Shown: in pieces, positions 40,901-53,650 of the stretch
Numbering within the stretch: the first letter of the stretch is position 1
Layout of the letters: the number at the start of each line of letters is the position of its first letter
NCBI GenBank assembly: GCA_965655095.1
Contig: OZ296656.1
Location: forward strand, 39,928,001 to 39,992,000
Length of the DNA: 64,000 bases
Origin: Haplodiscus bocki
Lineage: Eukaryota
Reading direction: 5' to 3'
Program-made: the position numbers and the translations under genes
The notes under the pieces: model-generated
Databases searched by the model: none
What the model was told of the DNA's origin: nothing
Seen by the model: only the letters and a program-made list of their open reading frames with translations

Positions 40901-43900
40901 TAGGAAAACCCTCTGCAAAAAACGCACAGAAAAAACCTTAGGAAAGAATACAAGGAGAAAACGCCGGAGAGAACGCACCAAAAAGTCGCCCGTGAGAGAG
41001 CTCACTCAAAACGCCCCTGCAAAAGAGAGCACGGAAGATACCATCGGGAAAAACCCACGGTAAAAGCTTTGCGAAAGTTAATGCAGAAGATGCCCTGCGA
41101 ACGAAAGAGGACGTGGATAAAAGGTCCTGCGAATGAGTGCACGCAAAAAATCACTGCAAAGAAGCGCACGGAAAAAGCTCCCGGGGATAATCCCATGAAT
41201 ATCTTAGCTGCGAATAAGGGCATGGAAAAAGCCCGCTAAAGAGTCCATGGAAACTGTCCATGCGAAGGATGGCAGGAAAGATGCCCCAGGAAAGAGCCAA
41301 TGGAAGTCACTCTTGCAAAAAAGTGCGCGGTAAAGGAGCTTCGCGAAAGAATGCACGGAAGAAATACCTTTGAAAGAGCGCAAAAAAAAGCCCAGACAAA
41401 GCGGCTCAGGTAAAAAGCTGCTCCGATGGATCGCACGGAAAAAGCTATGCGAAAGACTACGTGGACCAAGCCACTGCTAAAGAGCGCAATCAAAAAGCCC
41501 GTACCAGAGACCGCACCGAGAAATCCCCCGCAAGAAAGGAAAGAGCACTGAAATTAATCCTGCAAAAAAATACACGGAAAAAATCCCAGCGAGTGAGCGC
41601 ACAGATAAAGTCACTTCTAATTAAAGGCACGGAGCAAACCGTCGCAAAAGAAAGCTCTCAAAAAGCCACTGCTAAAAAGCGCACAGAATAAGCCCTCGCA
41701 AAAAAACCCTTGGAAACCATGCATGCCAAAAAGTTCGCGGACGATAACCCAGGGAAGGAGCCCACGATGAGAGCCTTGGGAGAGTGTCTGCAGAGGAGAC
41801 CCTGCAGAAGAGGGAAAAGAAGAAGGCCCCTTGAAGAAATCCAAGGAACTCATCCATGCGAAAGCGGTCATGTAAGATGTAAGATGTCCGCGGGAGAGAG
41901 CCCTCGATAAAAGTCCTGCAAAAAAAAGCATGCAGAAGAAGCCGTGCAAAAGAGCGCACTCAAAAGCCCCTACAAAAGAGCGCAAGGAACAATTCCACGG
42001 TAAACAGCCGCAGATGAAGCACATGTGATACATCGCACAGAAAAGGCCCTTACAGAAGAATGCAGATAAAGAACTTTTAAAAAAGAACACACCAAAACAG
42101 CCCTCTTGAAGAAATCAACGGAAGAAGCATTTGTGGTAGGGCGCCCAAGAAAGACTTTTACAAAGGCGAATGCAAAAAGTCCACGCGAAATAGCGCACCG
42201 AACAACCCCCCCCCCCGCAAGAAAAGACCACAGAAGAAGCACTTGTGATAAAAAGGACAAAAAAGCACTTACAAAGGGCGCCGATGAAAAGTTGCTGCAA
42301 GAGAGCACACGGAAGACCTCTGCGTAAGACGGGACGGAAAAAACCACTGCTAACGAGGGAACTGGAAAAGCCGCTATGAGAGAGCGCACTGAAAAAACCC
42401 AAGAAAAAAGCACACCGATATATCCCCCGCAAAAAGGCGCATTGAAATTAATCATTCGAAAGAGTGCAAGGAGAGAATCCGACTGAACGAGCGCGCAGAA
42501 AAAACTACTGCGAAAATAAAGCACGGAGGAAGTTGTTGCAAAAGAGTGCTCACGAAAAGCCACTGCGAAAGAACTCATGGAAGTCGTCCATGCTAGAGAG
42601 CTTACGGCTGATGTCCACGGGAAAGAGCGCACGTCAAAAACACTGCGAAAGTGCATACAGATGAAGCCCTGCGAAAGTGGGCATAGAAAAAAGCCCTTGG
42701 AAAAAAGCGCACAGAAAAAAAACCCACGAAAGAACTCATGGAACTCTCCCTTATTGAAAAAGTCCTTGATAAAAAAGCCATGCAAAAAAACCCACGGAAA
42801 AAGCACCTGTGAAAGAGCGCACGACAAAGCCTCTTAGAAAAAAGCGCAACTAACCAGCCGCTGCCAAAAAGTGCTAGGAGAACCCTCTGCAAAAAACGCA
42901 CAGAAAAAACCTTAGGAAAGAATACAAGGAGAAAACGCCGGAGAGAACGCACCAAAAAGTCGCCCGTGAGAGAGCTCACTCAGAACGCCCCTGCAAAAGA
43001 GAGCACGGAAGATACCATCGGGAAAAAACCCACGGTAAAAGCCTTGCGAAACTTAATGCAGAAGATGCCCTGCGAACGAAAGAGGACGTTGATAAAAGGT
43101 CCTGCGAATGAGTGCACGCAAAAAATCACTGCAAAGAAGCGCACGGAAAAGGCTCCCGGGGATAATCCCATGAATATCTGCGCTGCGAATAAAGGCATGG
43201 AAAAAGCCCGCTAAAGAGTCCATGGAAACTGTCCATGCGAAAGATGGCACGAAAGATGCCCCAAGAAAGAGCCAATGGAAGTCTCTCCTGCAAAAAAGTG
43301 CGCGGTAAAGGAGCTTCGCGAAAGAATGCACGGAAGAAATACCTTTGAAAGAGCGCAAAAAAAGCCCAGACAAAGCGGCTTAGGTAAAAAGCTGCTCCGA
43401 TGGATCGCACGGAAAAAGCTATGCGAAAGACTACGTGGACCAAGCCACTGCTAAAGAGCGCAATCAAAACGCCCCTACCAGAGACCGCACCGAGAAATCC
43501 CCCGCAAGAAAGAGCACTGAAATTAATCCTGCAAAAAAATACACGGAACAAATCCCAGCGAGTGAGCGCACAGAAAAAGTCACTTCTAATTAAAGGCACG
43601 GAGCAAACCGCCGCAAAAGAAAGCTCTCAAAAAGCCACTGCTAAAAAGCGCACAGAATAAGCCCTCGCAAAAAAACCCTTGGAAACCATGCATGCCAAAA
43701 AGTTCGCGGACGATAACCCAGGGAAGGAGCCCACGATGAGAGCCTTGGGAGAGTGTCTGCAGAGGAGACCCTGCAGAAGAGGGAAAAGAAGAAGGCCCCT
43801 TGAAGAAATCCAAGGAACTCATCCATGCGAAAGCGGTCATGTAAGATGTAAGATGTCCGCGGGAGAGAGCCCTCGATAAAAGTCCTGCAAAAAAAAGCAT

Positions 43901-45500
43901 GCAGAAGAAGCCGTGCAAAAGAGCGCACTCAAAAAGCCCCTACCAAAGAGCGCAAGGAACAATTCCACGGTAAACAGCCGCAAATAAAGCACATATGATA
44001 CATCGCACAGAAAAGGCCCTTACAGAAGATTGCTGATAAAGAACTTTTAAATAAGAACACACTAAAACAGCCCTCTTGAAGAAATCAGCGGAAGAAGCAT
44101 TTGTGGTAGGGCGCCCAAGAAAGTCTTACAAAGGCGAATGCAAAAAGTCCACGCGAAATAGCGCACCGAACAACCCCTTCCCCGCAAAAAAGACCACGGA
44201 AAAGGCACCTGTGATATAAAGCACAAAAAAAGCCCTTACAAAGAGCGCCGATGAAAAACTGCTGCAAGAAAGCACACGGAAAACCTCTGCGTAGGACGGG
44301 ACGGAAAAAACCACTGCTAACGAGGGAACTAGAAAAAGCGCTCTGAGAGAGCGCACTGAAAAAACCTAAGAAAAAAGCACACCGATATATCCCCCGCAAG
44401 AAGGCGCATTGAAATTATTCATTCGAAAGAGTGCAAGGAGAGAATCCGACTGAACGAGCGCGCAGGAAAAACTACTGCGAAAATAAAGCACGGAGGAAGT
44501 TGGTGCGAAAGAGTGCTCGCGAATAGCCACTGCGAAGGAATTCATGGAAGTCGTCCATGCGAGAGAGTTTACGGTTGATGTCCACGGGAAAGAGCGCACG
44601 GTAAAAACCCTGCGAAAGTGCATACAGATGAAGCCCTGCGAAAGAGGGCATAGAAAAAAGCCCTTGGAAAAAAGCGCACAGAAAAAAAACCCACGAAAGA
44701 ACTCATGGAACTCTCCCTTATTGAAAAAGTCCTTGATAAAAAAGCCATGCAAAAAAGCCCACGGAGAAAGCACCTGTGAAAGAGCGCACGACAAAGCCTC
44801 TTAGAAAAAAGCGCAACTAACCAGTCGCTGCAAAAAGTGCTAGGAAAACCCTCTGCAAAAACCGCACGGGAAAAACCCTTACGAAAGAATACAAGGAGAA
44901 AAAGCCGGAGAGAACGCACCGAAAAGTCGCCCATGAGAGAGCGCACCGAAAAAACCCCTGCAAAAGAGAGCACGGAAGGTGCCCCCGTGAAAGAGCCCAC
45001 GGTAAAAGCCTTGCGAAAGATAATGCAGAAGAAGCCCGGCGAACAAAGGAGGACGTGGAAAAGACGTCCTGCGAATGATTGCACGCAAAAAATAACTGCA
45101 AATAAGCGCACGGAAAAGGCTAAGAGGGATAAGCCCATGAATATTTACGCTGCGAAAGAAGGCATGAAAAAAAAGCCCGCTAATGAGTCCATGGAAACTG
45201 TCCATGCGAACGATGGCACAAAAGATGCCCCAGGAAAGAGCCAATGGAAGTCTCTCCTGAAAAAAAGTGCGCGGTAAAGGAGTTTCGCGAAAGAATGCAG
45301 GGAAGAAATACTTTTGAAAGAGCGCAAAAAAAGCCCAGACAAAGCGGCTGCGGCTCAGGTAAAAAGCTGCTCCGATGGATCGCACGGAAAAAGCTATGCG
45401 AAAGACTACGTGGACCAAGCCACTGCTAACGAGCGCATTCAAAAAGCCCCTACCAGAGACCGCACCGAGAAATCCCCCGCAAGAAAGCGCACTGAAATTC
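31200..45500 (+). repeat. ~1.97-kb HOR, ~7 tandem copies, with A/B alternation giving a ~3.95-kb dimer period
   Basis: The marker GTA(A/C)GATGTAAGATGTCCGCGGGAGAGAGCCCTCG occurs at 32012, 33977, 35961, 37928, 39904, 41872 and 43841 (spacings 1965-1984). Identical or near-identical ORF translations recur at every second unit (32712/36663/40602; 34689/38632). Confidence 0.93.
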
Positions 45501-46599
45501 AACCTGCGAAAATGTGCATGGAAAAAATTTCCCTTGCCCGAGGGCACCGAAAAAGCCACTGCAATAGAAAGGCATGGAAAAAGGCCCGCGAAAAAATGGC
45601 AGCAAAAAGCCACTGCGAAAAAGCTCTCGGAAAGAGTCCACCGAAGTAGCCCCCGGCGAAAGCCCACGGTAAAAGCGCTGCGAAAGTGCATGCAGCAGAA
45701 GCCCTGCGAGGAAGGGCATGAAAAATTGCCCCGTGAAAGAGTCCATGTAAATCGTCCAAGGGAGAGTGTTCAAGAAAGATGTCCCCGGGAATGAACCCAC
45801 GGTAAAAGCCCTGGCAAAGTGCAAGCAGAAGAAGCCCTACAAAAGAGGGCATGGAAAAAAGCCCCTACAAAAAAGCGCAGGGAAAAAGCGCACGCACAAA
45901 GTCACTTCAAAAAAGTGCTCGGAAAATATCCCCACGAAGGAGCTGATAGAATTCTCCCCCGCAAAACAGTGCACGATAAAAAGGCCCCGCAAAAACTTCC
46001 ACGGTAAAAGCACTTGTGAGAGAGCGCACAACAGAATTTCTTACAAAAGTGCGAGGTTGAAAAGCTGCTGCGAAAAAGACCTCGGAAAAACCTCCGCGAA
46101 AGACCGCACGGAGAAGAGCCCCGCGAAGAAATGCAAGGAAAAAACGCCGGAGAGGACGCACCAAAAAATTCCCCGCGAGAGAGCGCACTGAAAATATCCG
46201 TGCGAAATAAAGCATGGAAGATGCCCCCGTGAAGGAGTCCACGGTAAAAGCCTTGCGAAAGTTAATGCAGAAGAAGCCGTGCGGACAAAGGGGGATGGAA
46301 CAGAGGCCCTGCAAAGCAGTGCCCGCAAAAAAACCACTGCGAGAAAGTGCACGGAATAGGCCCCCGTGAAAGAGCCCATGGAAATCTCTCCTGCCAAAAA
46401 AGTGCACGGAAAATTAGCTGTGAACGAGCGCAAGAAGAAAGCCCAGACAAAGCAGTGCTGGTAAAAAGCTGCTGCAAAGGAGCGCACAGAAAGGCTTATT
46501 CGAAAGACTACATGGACAAAGCCACTGCTAAAGAGTGCACTCAAGAGCCCCTACCAATGAGCCCACGGAAAATCTCTACGCAAAAATGTCCACAAGAGA

Positions 46600-49500
46600 A
46601 ACACTTGTGGAACACCGCACGAAGAAAACACTTACAGAGGGGCGCAAAAAAACCCAGCGGGAGAGCACACCAATAGAACTTTGCGGAGAAGCTCATGGAA
46701 AAAACGCTTGTGAAAAAACGCACGAAAAATATTTACATAAGAGCGCAGGTAAAAAACTGCTGCGGAAGGACGCACGGAGAAGCGTCTGCAAAAAAGCGCA
46801 TGAAATCGTGCCCGAAGATTGAGCGCACAAAAGCGGCCCTGCAAGGAAACGGTCAAAAAAAGCTCCAGCGAAAGTTGCCAAGAAAGTCGCTCCTGGAAAT
46901 CAGTGCACGGAAAAAAAGCCCTGCAAAAGTGCGCATGGAAATAGCCACCGCGAAAAAGCCACATGAAAAGCACACGCGAAAAAATGTGCAGCAAAAGCCT
47001 TTACAAAAAACGCAGTAAAAACTCGTGCCAAAAATGGCGCAGAAGAAGCCCTGTGAAAGAGCACATCAAAATTTCTGCGAAAAAACCCAAGGAAAAAGCC
47101 AGTGAAAGAGCTCACGAAATAAATCCTACGAAAGAGACCAGTTAAAAAACTGCAGCGAAATAGCGCACGGAGAAGCGTCTGCAAAAAAGCGCATGGAGTC
47201 AGCCCCAACGAAGGAGAGCACAAAGAAGGCCCTGCAAGAAAAGGGGCGGAAAAAGCTCCAGCGAAAGTTGTCATGAAAAACCCCTGCGAAACAGTGGACG
47301 GAAAAAAACCTTGCAAAAACGAGCATGGAAAAAGCCCCCGCGTAGAAGCCACCGGAAAAACGCAAGCGAAATTGTGCGCCAAAAAAGCGCTCACAAAAAA
47401 AGCGCATGTAAAAGCTCTTGCCAAAAAGGGCACAGAAAAAGCGCTTGTGAAAAGTCACACCAAAAAAATTCTTTGAAAAAACTAACGGAAAAAACACCTG
47501 TGAAAGAACGCACAACGAAAAGATTACATGAGAGTGCAGGTAAAAAACTGCTGCGAAAGAGCGAATGGAGAATCTTTTGTGGAAAAGCGCAGGGAAAAAG
47601 CCTCTCTGAAATACCGCAAGGGAAACACCAGTAAGAAATTGCAAGGAATCAGCCCCGGCGAATGAACGCACAAGGATGGCCCTGAAAAGAAGCGAGCGGA
47701 AAAAGCTCGAACGAAAGTTGCCAGGAAAGTTGCCCCTGAAAATCAGTGCACGGGAAAAAATGCCGAGCAAAACTGAGCATGAAAAAAGCCACTGAGGAAA
47801 AACCCACGGGAAAAACAAATGTGAAAGAAGGCACAAAGAAGCCCTTCCAAAAAGGCGCAGGTAGAAATTTCCTGCGAACGAGCGCACGGATAAAACACCT
47901 GTGGAAGAGCGTACGAGAAAAGGCCAGACAAAGCGGTGCAGGTAAAAAAATGCTACCAAAGAGCGCACGGAAAGTCTTTTGCCAAAGATTTTACGGATAA
48001 AGCTACTGCTGAAGCCCTCACTTGAAAAGCTCAATTCAATGGGCGCCCGCAAACATTCCACACCAAAAAGCCCATAAAAAGGCACCGGTGAAACGGCGCA
48101 CCGAAAAATTTTTACAGAAAAGCGCGGATAAAGATCTCCTACAAAAGAACGCAACAAAATGCCCTTTCGAAAAGACCCGCGGAAATAGCAATTGTGGTAG
48201 AGCGCACAAAAAACTTTTTACAAAAGGGAGCATGCAAGGAACCAACGCGAAAGAGCGCAACCAAAAAAACCCCCAAAATAGAGACCACAGAAGAAGCATC
48301 TGTAAAAGAACGCACAAAAAGGTCCTTACAAAGAACGCAGATGAAAAGATGCTGCAAGAAAGCGCATAGAAGACATCTGCGGAAGAATGGACGGGAAAAA
48401 CACTTCTAGCGAGCGCAATGAAAAAGGTGCTACGAAAGGGCGCAATAAAAAAAACCCCAGAGAAAGGGCGCACCGAATTTTTCCCAGCAACAGAACGCAC
48501 TAAAGTTACTCCTTCGAAAGTGTGCACGGAAAGAACTTCCCGCGACCGAGTGAACCAAACAGACCACTGCGGTAAAAAGGCACGGAACAAGGCCCCGGGA
48601 AAAAGTGGCCGCAAAAAGCCACTGCGAGAAAAGAAAAAGCTCTCGGGAAAAGCCCCCGCGAAAAAAGCCCATGGAAATCGTCCATGTGAAAAAATTCACG
48701 CAAGATGTCGCCGGGAGAGAGCCCACGGTAAAAGCTTTGGGAAAATGCATAGAGAAAAAGCCTGCAAAAATGCATGCAAAAGAAGCCCTGCGAAAGAGGG
48801 CATTGGAAAAAGCCCCTCCGAACGAGTGCACGCAAAAAGCAACAGCAAGAAAACACACGGAAATAGCCCCCGTGAAAGAGCCCATGGAAATCTTTCATGC
48901 AAAATAGTGCGCGGGAAAGGAGCCCCGCAAAAGAACTCACGGAAAAAGCCCCCCTGAAACAGCTCGAGGTAAAACCTCTCAAAAAACGCATGGAGTCAGC
49001 CCCGGCAAAAGAGCGCACAAAGAGGGCCCTGCAAAAAAGCGAGCGGAAAACGCTCACGCGAAAGTTGCCATTAAAGTCACCCTGCAAAACATGGCTGGGA
49101 AAAAAACCATGCAAACGCGAGCATCGAAAAAGCCCCCTGGATAAAATTGACGTAAAAATTGTTCGTGGTAGAGTGCACAAAAAAACTTCTACGAGGGGGT
49201 GCATCCGGAAAACCAACGACAACCGGCGCAGCAAAAAAAGCTCCTGCAATAGAGACCACAGAAAAAGCATCTGTGAAAGAGCGCACAAAAAAAGCCCGTA
49301 CAAAGATGGCAGGTGAAAAGCTGCTGCAGAAGAGTGGACGGAAAGCCTCTGCGGAAGATTGAACTGAAAAAGCCACCGCTAGCGAGCACACAGAAAAAGG
49401 CGCTTTGAAAGGCCGCATTGAAAAAAGCCCAGAGAAAGAGAGCACCCAAAAAACCCTCGGAGAGAGCGCACTCAATTTATTCCTGCGAAAGTGTGCACGG

Positions 49501-52500
49501 AAAAAAATCCCTGGACCGAGCGCACCGAAAAAGCCACTGCGATATGAAGGCACGGAAGAAGCCCCCGCAAAAAATTGGTCGCAAAAGCCACTGCAAAAGA
49601 GCTCTCGGAAAAAGCCGCCGCGAAAAGAGCTCATGGAAATCGTCCATGCGAAAAACCTCATGCAAGATGTCGCCGGGAGAAAACCCATCCTAAACGCACT
49701 GCAAAAATGCATGCAAAAGAAGCCCTGCGGAGGAGGGCATGGAGAAAAGCCCCTTCGAAAGAGTGCTCGCAAATAGCCACTGTGAAAGAACGCTGGGGAA
49801 AGCCCACGGAAAAGGCGCTTGTGAAAAAAAGCACACAATAGAAGCTCTTAGAAAAGAGTGAAGCTGAACTTCTGCTGCGGGAAAGCGCACAGAAAAACCT
49901 CCGTGAAAACCCGCACTGAAAAAAGTCTTACGAAAGAATGCAAGGAGAAAACGCCGTGGAGAACGCACCAAAAATTCGCCCGTGAGAGAGTACAATGAAA
50001 ACGAACCTGGAAAAGAGAGCACGGAAGACGCCATCGGGAAAGAACCCACGGTAAAAGCCTTGAGAAAGTTAATGCAGGAGGAGCCCTGCGAACGAAAGAG
50101 GACGTGGAAAAAAATTCCTGCAAATGAGTGCACGCAAAAAATCACTGCAAATAAGCGCACGGAAAAGGCTCCCGGAGATAAGCCCATGAACAACTGCCCT
50201 GCGAACGAAGGCATGGAAAAAAGCACCGCGAGGGAGTCCCCGGAAATCGTCCATGCAAAAGAGAGCACGGGAAATTAGCCCCGGGAAAGAAAAACACCTG
50301 TGAAAGAGCGCAGGAAGAGACCCCAGACAAAGCAGTGCTGGTAAAAAGCTGCTGCAAAGGAGTGCACGGAAAAGTTTTTTCGAAAGACTACATGGAGAAA
50401 GCCACTGCTAAAGAGTGCACTCAAAAAGCCCCTACCACTTGCGCACGGAATAACTCCACGCTAGAAAGCCCACCAATTTGCACCTGTGAAACAGCGCAAG
50501 AAGAAATCTTTAGTTAAGAATGCAGGTAAAAAACTGCTGCGAAAGAGCGAATGGAAAAACCTCTCCGGAAGAGCGCACGGAGAAGACCATTAAAAAAGTG
50601 CAAGGAATCAGCCCGGGCGAAGGACCGCATAAGGAAGACCTGAAAGAAAGCGCGCGGAAAAGGCTCAGGCAAAACATGCTATGAAAGTTGACCCTGCAAA
50701 TCAGTGCCCGGAAAAAAAGCCCAGCAAAACAATCATGGAAAAAGACCCCGAGAAAAATCCACGGGGAAACAAGTGCGAAAGAACGCACAAAAAAGCCATT
50801 ACAAAAAAGCGGAAGAAGAAAGTTCCAGCGAAACAGCGCACGGATAAAACAACTGTGAAAGAGCGTACGAAAAAAGCCCGAGCAAAGCAGCGCAGGTAAA
50901 AAGATGCTACCAATGAGCGCACGGAGAAACTTCTGCGAAAGTATTTACGGACAAATTCACTGCTAAAGCGCTCACTCAAAAAATTTAATTAAATGAGCGC
51001 CCGAAAATTTCCACGCCAAAAAGCCCATAAAAAAGCACCGGTGATACGGCGCACCGGAAAAATTTTACATAAAAGCGCAGAAAAATACCTCCTACGAAAG
51101 AGCGCAACAAAAAAGCCCCTTCGAAAAAACCCGCGGAAATAGCATTTGTGGTAGAGCGCACAGAAAAACTTTTACAAAAGGGAGCATGCAAAAAACCAAC
51201 GCGAAAGAGCGCAGCGAAAAAGCCCCCGAAAAAGAGACCACATAAAAAGCATTTGTGAAAGAACCCGTAAAAAAGCCCAGACAAAGCTGTGTTGGTAAAA
51301 TTATGCTGCGAAGGAGCGCACGGAAAAGGTTCTTCGAAAGACTACATGGACAAAGCGACTGCTAAAAAGTGCACTCAAAAAGGCCCTACTAATTGCGCAC
51401 GGAAAAACTCCACGCTAAAATCTCCATCGAAAAGCACCTGTGAAACAGCGCACTAGAAAACCCCTACAGAAGGGCGCAGGTAAGAACATCCAGCGAAAAG
51501 GGCGCAAAAAATCCCCAGTTGAAGTGCATACCAAAAGAGTTTCGCGAAAAAGCTCACGGAAAAAACACTTGTGGAAACGCTTACGAAAAAAACGTTACAT
51601 AAGAGGGCAGTTAAAAAACTGCTGCCAAAGAGCGCTCGTAGAAGTGTCTGTAAAAAAGCGCATGGAATCAGGTCCGACGAATGAACGCACAAAGGAGACC
51701 CTGCAAGGAAACGGGCGTAAAAGGCTCAAGCGAAGGTTGCCACGAAAATCGCTCCTGGACATCAGTGCACAGAAACAAAGCCCTGCAAAAATGCGCATGG
51801 AAATAGCCACCGCGAAAAAGCCAAAGGAAAAGCACAAGCGAAAAAATGTGCAACAAAAGGCTCTACAAAAAACGCAGTAAATTATTGTGCCAAAAAGGGC
51901 GCAGAAGAAGCCCCTGTGAAAGAGCACACCAAAAAAGTTCTGCGAAAAAACTCACGGAAAAAACCTGTGAAAGAGCTCGCGAAATAAATCCTACAAAAGA
52001 GATCAGTTAAAAAAACTGCACGGAAATAGTGCACGGAGAAGCGTCTGCGAAAAAGCGCATGGAGTCAGCCCCAACGAAAGAGAGCACAAAGAAGGCCCTG
52101 AAAGAAAAGGGGCGGAAAAAGCACAAGCGAAAGCTGCCATGAATGTTTCAAAAAACGCTTGTGAAAACAGAGCACGATAAAAGCTCTTACAAAAGAATGA
52201 AGCTGAAAATCTGCTGCGGAAAAGCGTACAAAAAAGCCTCCGCGAAGGCCCGCACGGAAAAAAGCCTTACGAAAGAATGCAAGGAGAAAACGCCGTAGAG
52301 AACGCACCAAAAATTCGCCCGTGAGAGAGTACAATGAAAACGAACCTGGAAAAGAGAGCACGGAAGACGCCATCGGGAAAGAACCCACGGTAAAATCCTT
52401 GCGAAACTTAATACAGGAGAAGCCCTGCGAACGGAAAAAGACGTGGAGAAAAGGTCCTGCAACTGAGTGCACGCAATAAATCACTGCAAAGAAACGCACG

Positions 52501-53650
52501 GAAAAGGCTCCCGGGGATAATCCCATGAATATCTGCGCTGCGAAAAAGGGCATAGAAAAAAGCCCCGCGAGGGAGTCCATGGCAATCGTCCAAGCAAAGG
52601 AGAGTACGTGAAATAAGCACCCCGAAAGAATGAACGGAAAAACACCGGTGCAAGAGCGCAGGAAGAAAAACCAGACAAAGCAGTACGAGTAAAAACTTGC
52701 CGCAAAGGAGCCCACGGAAAAGCTTATTCGACAGACTACATGGACAAAGCCACTGCTAAAGAGTGCACTAAAAAAGCCCCTACCACTTGCGCACGGAAAA
52801 ATTCCACGCTAAAAAACCCGCCGAAAAGCTCCTGTGAAACAGCGCACGAAGAAATCTTTACTTAAGAATGCAGGTAAAAAACTGCTGCGAAAGAGCGAAT
52901 GGAAAATCCTTTCTGGAAGAGCGTACGGAAAAAATACCCTCAGAAATAGCGCAAGCAAAAGACCAGTAAAAAAGTGCAAAGAATCTGCCCCGCCGATGGA
53001 CCGGATATTTTCCTGAAGGAAAATGATCAGGCGAAAGCTGCCATGAAAGTTGCCCCTGCAAATCACTGCACGGATAAAAAGCCCGGCAAAAACAAGCATG
53101 GAAAAAGGCACCGATAGAAACCCACGGGAAAACAAATGTGAAAAAATGCACAAAAAAGCCCTTACAAAAAGGCGCAGGTAGAAAGTACCTGCAAAAGAGC
53201 GCAAGGATAAAACACCTGGGATAGAGCATACGAGAAAAGCCCAGACAAAGCAGCGCAGGTAAAAAGATGCTGCCAAAGAGCGCACGGAAAATCTTTTGCC
53301 AAAGATTTTACGGATAAAGCTACTGCTGAAGCGCTCACATGAAAAGCTCAATTCAATGAGCGCCCGCAAAAATTCAACGCTGAAAAGCCCATAAAAAAGC
53401 ACCGGTGAAACGGCGCACCGAAAAGTTTTTACAAAAAAGCGCGGATAAAGATCTCGTACGAAAGAGCGCAACAAAAAAACCCTTCAAAAAAACCCGCGGA
53501 AATAGCATTTGTGGTAGAGCGCACAGAAAAATTTTTACAAAAGGGAGCATGCAAAGAACCAATGCGAAAGAGCGCAGCGAAAAAGCCCCCGAGAAAGAGA
53601 CCACATAAAAAGCATCTGTGAGAGAACGCTCAGAAAAACCATTACATAGA
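46600..53650 (+). repeat. Diverged, interrupted members of the 1.46-kb HOR family mixed with cassettes of the other HOR families
   Basis: Family markers (GATTTTACGGATAAAGCTACTGCTGAAGC at ~47987 and ~53303; GTTACATAAGAGGGCAGTT at 51594; GCGCATGGAGTCAGCCCCAACGAA at ~47189 and ~52055) occur at irregular spacing. Confidence 0.75.

Noticed and set aside
18530-45500. Tandem transposon, LTR or Helitron copies as the kb-scale units
   Set aside because: I see no transposase, RT or Rep-helicase coding remnants, terminal inverted repeats, target-site duplications or poly(A) tails. The units consist entirely of the short monomer.
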